Assembly: GCA_934096815.1 (NCBI GenBank)
Contig: CAKOMY010000005.1
Span: forward strand, 46,807 to 110,806
Direction: 5' to 3'
DNA from: an uncultured Bacilli bacterium
Lineage (GTDB): Bacteria; Bacillota_I; Bacilli_A; RF39; UBA660
DNA length: 64,000 bases
Shown here one piece after another: positions 56,387-64,000 of this stretch (positions are counted from its first letter, which is position 1; each line of letters begins with the position of its first letter). The position numbers and the translations under genes are program-made. Below the pieces are notes generated by a model. It was given only the letters and a program-made list of their open reading frames with translations. It had not been told where the DNA came from and did not search any database.

Positions 56387-56559
56387 TATTTTTGGTACCT
56401 CAATTGTTTCCTTACCGACAACAATTGAGGATTTCTTTTATTTTTATTTTTTGGGGCCATCTATTTTACTCTATTAGCATTTGCGGCGGTGGCCCTTAGA
56501 ATCCGATATTCCTATTCTTGTTATTATCTATATTTTGTACTTTACATATGATTTACATT

Positions 56560-57918
56560 TTATCCGATACGGAAGGCTGGGGCAAAGCCACCAGTATGGT
56601 TAGCATCTTTGCTATTCCAGTCGCCGTCGTCAGTGACACCAAGGAAATAAAGGTCATAGTTGGGATGGGCCCCACGAAGCCACCAAAAGGAAGCCAAACC
56701 AGTGTTCTTCTTTATAGCACCTAAGTAGGTGTTGCTATTTACTCCTATTTGATTATAATAATCTAATTGTCTTGTATTATTTGCTGTACTGTCATTAGAA
56801 TCTACATTATGTATTTCTTTTCTAGTAAACAAATATATTTTATCTGTTGATTCCCAGTTGCCATCTGTTCTATTTGCGTTCTTATCACTACTTCCATGTC
56901 CTGATGCTACTTTTGTTGCTTTTATTACTTTTTGTAAATCACTTGGTAATTTATTTAAGAAATCTCCATTTGCATATGTTCTCAATTCACTTGCTGGCCA
57001 TCCACCTACATTTGTTTGTGATGAATTCATTTGTCTACTTTCTACGATATCAGCAAACTCTACTACAAATCCACAGGCTGTTTGGGAAAAATCATTTCTA
57101 TTACATTCTGCTGGTGTTGATTTATTAGCAATTCTTACTGTATATGGTTTATTACCTATTAAAACTTGTTTTGTATCGCCTACTTTATATACATCAGATG
57201 AAGTATTATCAGCTATTGTTTCCCATGTATCTTTGGCAAATGTTTTTGGCTCTTTATAGTTTACTACTACTTTACCATTAAATGTTTTTCCTTTTTCACT
57301 GTCTTGATTTAAACCATTATCAGGAAATTGTATTATTAAATTAAACGTTATAGTTTGATCATTTAAACTTGCAGGAAATTCTCCGGTTACCATTTCAGTA
57401 TATTTTTTACCATTTTTAAATGTTCCATGAGTATATCCTGTGTATGTATCATTTCCAGGTACTGTTTGATTTTTATAATCATCTTCTGTTTTTCCTGTTT
57501 CAGGTGTTATTACATAATTTGCTGTTATTTGTGAGTTTGCAGATCTATTTACTTCTTTTATATAATAATGCATCATGCCATCGCTAAAGGTTGATGTATA
57601 TTGTACTCCTACTTGATATGGCATTGAAAGTCCATCACCAGTCTTCATTCCTACTGTCGTATTTGATCCAGTTAATGTAAATGTTTTATTAACTATTATT
57701 GCATTACTAGGCTGTATATCATTTGATACTAATAAATCACTTTTGCCATCTGCATAACTTATTGACATCTTACCACTTGTTGCTGATATTAAAGACGTAC
57801 TTCCTTTATTATTACTCGCACTAAAAAAAGCATATGTTATTCCCGAAAAGATCACTAGTAACATTACTATTGTTCCTATCATTACATATACTTTTATTTG
57901 TTCTTCTTTATTATTCAT
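56560..57918 (-). CDS. Secreted protein with SipW-dependent-type (TasA/camelysin-like) signal peptide and DUF6273-like C-terminal domain
   Basis: The N-terminus has VMLLVIFSGITYAFFSASNN (G.TYAFFS signal type). The C-terminus has GGWPASELRTYANGDFLNKLP...FWWLRGA...GGFAPAFRIG, typical of DUF6273. Confidence 0.65.
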   Translation of the reverse strand: MNNKEEQIKVYVMIGTIVMLLVIFSGITYAFFSASNNKGSTSLISATSGKMSISYADGKSDLLVSNDIQPSNAIIVNKTFTLTGSNTTVGMKTGDGLSMPYQVGVQYTSTFSDGMMHYYIKEVNRSANSQITANYVITPETGKTEDDYKNQTVPGNDTYTGYTHGTFKNGKKYTEMVTGEFPASLNDQTITFNLIIQFPDNGLNQDSEKGKTFNGKVVVNYKEPKTFAKDTWETIADNTSSDVYKVGDTKQVLIGNKPYTVRIANKSTPAECNRNDFSQTACGFVVEFADIVESRQMNSSQTNVGGWPASELRTYANGDFLNKLPSDLQKVIKATKVASGHGSSDKNANRTDGNWESTDKIYLFTRKEIHNVDSNDSTANNTRQLDYYNQIGVNSNTYLGAIKKNTGLASFWWLRGAHPNYDLYFLGVTDDGDWNSKDANHTGGFAPAFRIG

Positions 57919-58048
57919 ATAAAATCACCATATTCCATAGTGAAATTATACCTCTAAATACCCCCCCGTCAAGTACGCGAACATTTATTCTATTGAACTA
58001 TCAAAATAAAATTGTTAAAATTTAATATAGAATAGAAAGAGATTGGAA

Positions 58049-59398
58049 ATGAAAGAAGATAAGAAGAATAAAGAAAAACTTATTAATGATGTTACTTTGA
58101 ATCCACAAGATCTTATAGACCCAGTCTCTAAACTTGTTGTTTTTAACTATGAAGAAACACCTATTACTGAAATAGTTAACGCTATAATAGTTGACGCTAT
58201 TAGAATGAAGGCATCAGATATTCATTTTGATCCAATGGAAACGGGTTTAAAAATAAGAGTTAGAATAGATGGAGCTTTATCAGATTATAGTATGGTTCCT
58301 TTATATGTTGAAAAAAACATGATTACTAGAATTAAAATAATTTCTGGAATGAATATAACTGAATCAAGGATTCCACAAGATGGGGCTATTAAAAATAGTT
58401 TAGATAATATTGATGTTGATTTACGTGTTTCTTGTTTACCTACTAATTTAGGTGAGAAAATTGTTATTCGTGTTTTAGATTATAAAATGTCAGCAGCTGG
58501 AATTGAAGAACTAGACTTCAGCAAGGAAAACTTAGAAAAAGTTAAAAAAATGATTCAAATTCCTAATGGTATAATCTTAGTTACTGGTGCAACCGGTACT
58601 GGTAAATCAACCACTGTATACTCTATCTTACAAAGACTTAACACTGAAGACTCTAATATAATTACAGTAGAAGATCCAATCGAAATGAATATTGAAGGAA
58701 TTAATCAAGTCCAAGTAAACTCCGATGTCGGTCTTTCATTTGCGACTGCCTTAAGAAGTATTTTAAGACAAGACCCTGATATTATAATGATTGGAGAAAT
58801 TCGTGATGATGAAACTGCTAAAATTGCTGTTCGAGCATCTATAACTGGACACTTAGTTTTGTCAACAATCCACACCAATAACTCTCTTAACACTATAGAG
58901 CGTTTAACTGATATGAATGTTGAACGTTACCTACTTGGTGCTGCTTTATCAGGTGTTATTTCTCAAAGACTTGCTAGACGCTTATGTAAAAAATGTAGAG
59001 TCTTAAGAGAAACTAATGAATATGAAAAAGAATTATTTAAGAAAAATTTAGGTTTAGATGTTAACGAAATATATGATGCTCAAGGATGTGATGAATGCCA
59101 CCAAGGATATAAAGGACGTATTGCTATTCAAGAAGTATTACTTACTAACCAAGAAATAAAAGACGCCATTGTTCTTAACTCACCAAAAAAAGAATTAAGA
59201 AAATTAGTTTATGGAAAAAGCGGAACAACTACTCTTTTCCAAGATGGTTTATTAAAAGTTGTATCAGGTGAAACATCACTAGAAGAAATATTAAAATTAG
59301 TTGAATCTGACGATGAAGTAGATACGGAAATTGAAGAAGAAGCTAAAGAAAAAGATATTGAATTACCAATAAAAAAAGAAACTATAGAAACATTATAA
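58049..59398 (+). CDS. GspE/PilB/ComGA-family type II/IV secretion ATPase (stand-alone)
   Basis: ASDIHFDP, Walker A GATGTGKST, Asp box, Walker B IIMIGEIRD, His box LVLSTIHTN, and the tetracysteine CKKC...CDEC. Acidic C-terminal tail. Confidence 0.85.
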   Translation: MKEDKKNKEKLINDVTLNPQDLIDPVSKLVVFNYEETPITEIVNAIIVDAIRMKASDIHFDPMETGLKIRVRIDGALSDYSMVPLYVEKNMITRIKIISGMNITESRIPQDGAIKNSLDNIDVDLRVSCLPTNLGEKIVIRVLDYKMSAAGIEELDFSKENLEKVKKMIQIPNGIILVTGATGTGKSTTVYSILQRLNTEDSNIITVEDPIEMNIEGINQVQVNSDVGLSFATALRSILRQDPDIIMIGEIRDDETAKIAVRASITGHLVLSTIHTNNSLNTIERLTDMNVERYLLGAALSGVISQRLARRLCKKCRVLRETNEYEKELFKKNLGLDVNEIYDAQGCDECHQGYKGRIAIQEVLLTNQEIKDAIVLNSPKKELRKLVYGKSGTTTLFQDGLLKVVSGETSLEEILKLVESDDEVDTEIEEEAKEKDIELPIKKETIETL

Positions 59399-59416
59399 TC
59401 TCTATAGTTTTTTATT
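59380..59416. terminator. Putative terminator shared by convergent genes
   Basis: AACTATAG (59380-59387) pairs with CTATAGTT (59402-59409), followed by a T-run. Confidence 0.45.
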
Positions 59417-59560
59417 TTAACTTACTAAATCAGCAGTATCATCAATAAAAGTATTAATTTTACGTTTAATAACTTTTTTATTTTTAGTTAGATTCTCCAT
59501 GCCCATATATAAACCAATACCAGCAGCTGCTCCAACCATCATCATCATTGTATTTTTCAT
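59417..59560 (-). CDS. Small YtxH-like membrane protein (47 aa), not in the ORF track
   Basis: GGTGA SD, then ATG. Translation is MKNTMMMMVGAAAGIGLYMGMENLTKNKKVIKRKINTFIDDTADLVS*. Confidence 0.45.
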   Translation of the reverse strand: MKNTMMMMVGAAAGIGLYMGMENLTKNKKVIKRKINTFIDDTADLVS

Positions 59561-59590
59561 TCTATCACCATTATTATTATGAACAAAATC

Positions 59591-61750
59591 TTAAAGTTTA
59601 TTCATAATTAATTCATTTAAAGTAGTTTTTCTCTTAAAACTATAATCATTATTTATAGCCTTTAAGTAAGCATCTTTACTACCAACTAATATAAGTGATT
59701 TTTTAGCTCTTGATACTCCAGTGTAAAGTAGTTTATTATATAACATTCTATTATAACTTAATGACATTGGCATAATAACATAGTCAAATTCTGATCCTTG
59801 AGACTTATGAATAGTTATAGCATAGGCATGACTAATACTTATTAGATCTTCTCTTTTATAATCAACTATGTTACCATCATAATCTATACTTAATATATCT
59901 TTTTTAGAGTTTACATTAACAGAGCAAATATAACCTATATCACCATTAAAGATATTATTATCAACATCATTAACCAAATTAAGCATTTTATCCCCTACTC
60001 TATAAGTAATAGGACCAACTTTTAATTCGTCTTTTTTATTAACAACTGGATTAAAATATTCCTGTAACAAGATATTTAAGTTATCAATTCCATTTTCTCC
60101 TTTATACATAGGAGCTAAAACTTGAACATTTCTGACATCAATACCTTTTTCTTGCATTTTATCTAATAACTTAATAATAATACTCTTTATATTTAAATTA
60201 TCACAAGAAATAAAACTAAAGTCATCTCCACTAGGAACTATATCAATAACCTTATCTTTAATATTTTTAGCAACTGTTGGAATATATGATTTATCACTTT
60301 GTCTATAAATCTTTTCTAATCTAATATGCGGTATATTAGTGTTTATAATATCATTTAATACTAATCCTGGCCCAACAGAAGGAAGTTGATATTCATCACC
60401 TACTAAAACTATTTGTGTATTAAAAATATCTAATCCTCTAAGTAATGATGCCATTAAATGATTATCTATCATTGAAGATTCATCAACTATTATTAAGTTA
60501 TAATGCATACTATTTAATTCATTTATATTAAAAACATTATTTTCTTTATCCCATTTTAGAAATCTATGAATAGTACTTGCTTGATATCCAGTTGAATCAC
60601 TCATTCTTTTAGCAGCTCTTCCAGTTGGTGCTAATAATAATACATGATCTTTAACCGCATTTTCACTAACTTTATAAATAAGTGAATAAGTTTTAATTAT
60701 CCCTTTAATAATAGTTGTTTTACCAGTTCCAGGTCCTCCCGTAATAACACTTATATTATTAATTAAAGATTTACTAATTGCTTCTTTTTGTTCTTCATTA
60801 TACTTTATATCAAGATCTTTTTCCGCTTTATTAATGTATCTATCTATATTACTTACTCTACTACTTAATTTAAATAATTTAGTTAAATAATCAGCAATAT
60901 ACACCTCATCATCATAATCTTCTTTTAAATATATTTTATCCTCTTTAATAGCAACTTTACCGGTATTAAATAAATAATTAATTTGACTATCAATATCAAC
61001 ATTTATACCATATAACTTTTTTAAACCAGCACATATCTCTTCTTTATATAAATAAATATCCCCAGAACTAAATGTTAAATATTTCATAGTTTCAATTAAA
61101 CAAGCCTTAACTCTTCGATCATCTTCTATATCGTTATTACTTAAAAATATTTCATCTAATTTCTTAAAATTAACTTCATCATTTAAATCATAAATATTTT
61201 TATTTATTATATCTTTAATTCTTTTACCAAACTTATTAATTAAATTCATTGTTTCTTTAACACTAAATCCCATATTTTTAAGTTCAACTATTAAAGCATC
61301 ATTATCAAAATATTTACATACTGAATTATATATTTGATCTCTCTTCTTATCGTTTATTCCTTCAACTAATTCTAAATTACTTTTATTTTCTTTAATTTTA
61401 TATAAACTATCATTACCAAATACTTTATATATTTTTTTAGCAGTTGCTTCTCCGCATCCCTTAACAAAAGAACTAGTTAAAAATTCAATTATTGCATCTT
61501 TTCCTTCTGGCACAACCTTTTCATAATTATCAGTACTAAACTGATAACCATATCTATCGTGAAATATATACTTTCCATTTAAAACATAAGTATCATTTTC
61601 ATTAGTTTTCATAAAATAACCAGTATAAGTAATTTGTTTATTAGTAGGAATATCTTCATCATCAGTTTCATTAACCTTAAAAAGACCAACCCTATAGCCT
61701 GATTCAGATTCAAAAATAATATGTTTAAACTTTCCTTTAATATAACTCAT
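59591..61750 (-). CDS. recD2: RecD2-type (YrrC-like) SF1 ATP-dependent DNA helicase
   Basis: Walker A ITGGPGTGKTT, LLAPTGRAAKRM, IIVDESSMID, LVGDEYQLPSVGPG, AITIHKSQGSEF, YTGVSRAKKSL. Confidence 0.9.
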   Translation of the reverse strand: MSYIKGKFKHIIFESESGYRVGLFKVNETDDEDIPTNKQITYTGYFMKTNENDTYVLNGKYIFHDRYGYQFSTDNYEKVVPEGKDAIIEFLTSSFVKGCGEATAKKIYKVFGNDSLYKIKENKSNLELVEGINDKKRDQIYNSVCKYFDNDALIVELKNMGFSVKETMNLINKFGKRIKDIINKNIYDLNDEVNFKKLDEIFLSNNDIEDDRRVKACLIETMKYLTFSSGDIYLYKEEICAGLKKLYGINVDIDSQINYLFNTGKVAIKEDKIYLKEDYDDEVYIADYLTKLFKLSSRVSNIDRYINKAEKDLDIKYNEEQKEAISKSLINNISVITGGPGTGKTTIIKGIIKTYSLIYKVSENAVKDHVLLLAPTGRAAKRMSDSTGYQASTIHRFLKWDKENNVFNINELNSMHYNLIIVDESSMIDNHLMASLLRGLDIFNTQIVLVGDEYQLPSVGPGLVLNDIINTNIPHIRLEKIYRQSDKSYIPTVAKNIKDKVIDIVPSGDDFSFISCDNLNIKSIIIKLLDKMQEKGIDVRNVQVLAPMYKGENGIDNLNILLQEYFNPVVNKKDELKVGPITYRVGDKMLNLVNDVDNNIFNGDIGYICSVNVNSKKDILSIDYDGNIVDYKREDLISISHAYAITIHKSQGSEFDYVIMPMSLSYNRMLYNKLLYTGVSRAKKSLILVGSKDAYLKAINNDYSFKRKTTLNELIMNKL

Positions 61751-61779
61751 AATTAATATTTTACCACATCAAAAAAAAA

Positions 61780-62169
61780 TTACAATAATATGTAATCTTT
61801 TCCAAATCTTTTATTAGTTCTATTTTCAATGTCTTTAATTATATTCTCATACTCATTGTTTATTAAAGTAATTATTTCATTAAAATCATTTTCTGTATAA
61901 AATGATGAATTATTTTTCATATTATTATATTTATTTTTATTACTAATTAAATTATTTAAATCTATATCTATTTTTAAATCTTTTTTAACCATATTTATAA
62001 ATTCATCATATTTTTCCCAAATATTATAATGATTTTTACTGGATTTTTTATAACTATTTAATTTATTACAAACTAAATCTTTATAATTAATTATTTTATT
62101 ATTTTTAGGATAACATCTCATCATCCCTTTTGTATCACCTGTAATATTATATTCTACTATTGTTTTCAT
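61780..62169 (-). CDS. Hypothetical protein (129 aa)
   Basis: ORF only. Confidence 0.45.
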   Translation of the reverse strand: MKTIVEYNITGDTKGMMRCYPKNNKIINYKDLVCNKLNSYKKSSKNHYNIWEKYDEFINMVKKDLKIDIDLNNLISNKNKYNNMKNNSSFYTENDFNEIITLINNEYENIIKDIENRTNKRFGKDYILL

Positions 62170-62170
62170 T

Positions 62171-63172
62171 TTATAACTTTAATAATTTATCCATTACTCT
62201 AATCATTTGAGCAGTGTAACCAAATTCATTATCATACCAAGCAACTATTTTAACTTGTTTTTTATTTACATCTAACACTTTAGTAGATAATCCATCAACT
62301 AAGGCACCTGTTGCAAGTCCAACTACATCACTTGACACTACTGGATCCATTGTAAATTTAAGAGCTTCACTTTCGTTATTTTTAAATATATTGTTTAGTT
62401 CTTCTTTACTTGTTTCTCTATTTAATGTTAAGGTTACGTCAACCATAGATCCATCTATAACTGGTACTCTATAAGCAACGCCTTCCATTTTTCCACTAAG
62501 TGATGGTATTACAAGTCCAATAGCTTTAGCTGCTCCTGTACTTGTTGGAATAATGTTTGCTGCTGCTGTTCTTCCTCTTCTTGATTCGATTCCTTTTTTA
62601 TGTGATCCATCTAATGTATTTTGATCATTAGTATAAGCATGAATTGTTGACATAAATCCTGATTCTATCCCAATATTATCTTCAATTAATTTTAAAACTG
62701 GTGCTAAACAATTAGTTGTACAAGAAGCACTAGAAATAACCTCATCGTTACGTTCTAATAAATTATCATTAACTCCATAAACTATTGTTTTCATCTCACC
62801 TTTTCCTGGTGCTGAAATAATTACGTGCTTTGCTCCTGCTTCAATATGTTTATAAGCATCTTCCTTTTTAGTAAAAGCACCTGTACACTCTAGCACTAAA
62901 TCAACATTTAATTCTTTCCAAGGATAATCTTTTGGATCATCTATTTGAAGTACTCTTGTAAACATAGTGTCCACTATAATTCCATCTTGAGTAACATTTA
63001 TATTCTCATCTAAAGTTCTAAAAACACTATCATACTTAAGTAAATAAGCATTTTCTTCAGCACTACCTCTTGAATTAATTGCGACTACTTCATAATCACT
63101 ACTTCCAAGAAGCATTCTATATGCTATTCTACCAATTCTACCAAAACCATTAATTGCTATTCTTTTTTTCAT
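62171..63172 (-). CDS. gap: Type I glyceraldehyde-3-phosphate dehydrogenase
   Basis: INGFGRIGR, active site SCTTNCLAP, WYDNEFGY. Confidence 0.95.
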   Translation of the reverse strand: MKKRIAINGFGRIGRIAYRMLLGSSDYEVVAINSRGSAEENAYLLKYDSVFRTLDENINVTQDGIIVDTMFTRVLQIDDPKDYPWKELNVDLVLECTGAFTKKEDAYKHIEAGAKHVIISAPGKGEMKTIVYGVNDNLLERNDEVISSASCTTNCLAPVLKLIEDNIGIESGFMSTIHAYTNDQNTLDGSHKKGIESRRGRTAAANIIPTSTGAAKAIGLVIPSLSGKMEGVAYRVPVIDGSMVDVTLTLNRETSKEELNNIFKNNESEALKFTMDPVVSSDVVGLATGALVDGLSTKVLDVNKKQVKIVAWYDNEFGYTAQMIRVMDKLLKL

Positions 63173-63175
63173 TTT

Positions 63176-64000
63176 CTAACCTCTTTCAAAATAACTATCT
63201 CCTACAAATTCCCTTAGTATATTACTATCTGGTAAATAATCACTAGGTATTGGAAAAAACATTTGTAGTTCATCTATTAATCTTCTTGATTCATTATAAT
63301 ATTTAGAATCTATTGGAACACTATATAAAAGTGGTTCTGCATAAACTCTTAATATACCTAATTCATATGTATAAGCCGTATTAAGCACCACATTAGCCTC
63401 ATTTGTAAAGGGAAAAACATATTTTGTCTCGCCATTACGTACTTTATCCCAAAGTTTAAGAGTATCTTGAACATTATATCCTCTAGTTCTATTATCTCTA
63501 ACTATTCGTCTAAGTAATCTAATATCAACTGTAGATATATGATTATGTCTATCAACAGATAATGGCATAAAAGGACTAATATATACTTTTAATTTAGCAT
63601 CCTGTGGTATTGTACTAGTTAACTTTTCATTCAAACAATGTAATCCCTCAATAAGTATTATATCATTTTCTTTTAATTTTATTATTCTCCCCTTATATTC
63701 TTTCTTACCTTCAATAAAATTATAAGTTGGAACACTTACCTCCTCACCATTTAATATACTTGTTAATTGTCTATTAAATAAATCTAAATCAATACAATCA
63801 ATAGATTCAAAATCATATTCTCCATTTTCCAATTTAGGAGAGTCAACTTTTTCTTTAAAATAATCATCTAAACCTAAATATATTGGATTAAGCCCAATCG
63901 CACTCATATATAAAGCAAGCTTCTTAGTACTAGTTGTTTTACCAGAAGAAGACGGTCCTCCTAAAAGAATTAATTTCTTATTTTCTTTTCTAATCAAATT
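63176..64000 (-). CDS. Uridine-kinase/phosphoribulokinase-family nucleoside kinase-like protein (5-prime end probably outside the window)
   Basis: P-loop GGPSSSGKTT, IIEGLHCLN, RRIVRDNRTRG. The frame is still open at the window edge. Confidence 0.7.
   Translation of the reverse strand, partial: NLIRKENKKLILLGGPSSSGKTTSTKKLALYMSAIGLNPIYLGLDDYFKEKVDSPKLENGEYDFESIDCIDLDLFNRQLTSILNGEEVSVPTYNFIEGKKEYKGRIIKLKENDIILIEGLHCLNEKLTSTIPQDAKLKVYISPFMPLSVDRHNHISTVDIRLLRRIVRDNRTRGYNVQDTLKLWDKVRNGETKYVFPFTNEANVVLNTAYTYELGILRVYAEPLLYSVPIDSKYYNESRRLIDELQMFFPIPSDYLPDSNILREFVGDSYFERG

Noticed and set aside
56398-56452. Strong hairpin (CCTCAATTGTT...AACAATTGAGG) followed by a long T-run, considered as a terminator
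   Set aside because: It is oriented for plus-strand transcription, but no credible plus-strand gene ends upstream of it; only the IS remnant lies about 350 nt away. It is wrongly oriented for the minus-strand gene 56560-57918. It is probably a leftover from the IS-associated rearrangement.
1-64000. rRNA, tRNA, tmRNA or riboswitch-like elements
   Set aside because: No GC-enriched structured segments of the expected size or conserved motifs were seen in the intergenic regions. The few GC-rich patches (56455-56720) are coding or lack cloverleaf potential.

Overview
Very AT-rich window (roughly a quarter G+C by eye) from a low-GC, spore-forming Firmicute. cotE, a spoVD-type PBP gene, whiA, ftsEX and gpsA are present; gene content would fit an Erysipelotrichia/Clostridia-like organism, but taxonomy cannot be fixed from the sequence. 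Almost all genes are on the minus strand. Standard code 11 fits: ORFs up to 1514 aa stay open and Trp is TGG.

Main result: a spoVD-like class B penicillin-binding protein gene is cut into three collinear pieces (31334-32379, 11874-12069, 528-1199). Two insertions cause this, and each carries an intact large serine recombinase (LSR) gene at the end next to the downstream gene piece.
- Element A (~10.7 kb, 1200-11873) carries an AbiE toxin-antitoxin pair, a five-gene operon (mTERF-like protein, HNH nuclease with six HA-like repeats, coiled-coil protein, HA-repeat protein, DUF1292-like protein) and a CopG/wHTH/iteron module.
- Element B (~19.3 kb, 12070-31333) is composite. B1 carries a 1514-aa NPQTG-anchored adhesin, a second surface protein, a LuxR-type two-component system and a sortase B with an in-frame TGA. 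An internal attP-like site plus an LSR C-terminal relic (26194-26487) separate B1 from a decayed B2 module.

Joining the three pieces at the inferred cores gives a 1908-nt in-frame ORF. This resembles skin/SPbeta-type sporulation intervening elements, here doubled or tripled.

The rest is chromosomal backbone: a second AbiE pair, cotE, an M23 peptidase with ftsX and ftsE, whiA, gpsA, a HIT gene with a duplicated 3-prime end, two-component system and ABC modules, an ImmA/XRE/ORF6N insert with an array of five covarying hairpins, a Fic protein beside an ISAs1 remnant, a SipW-signal secreted protein with a GC-rich mosaic 3-prime end, an orphan GspE/PilB-like ATPase, recD2, gap and a uridine-kinase-like gene. 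No rRNA, tRNA or CRISPR array was seen.
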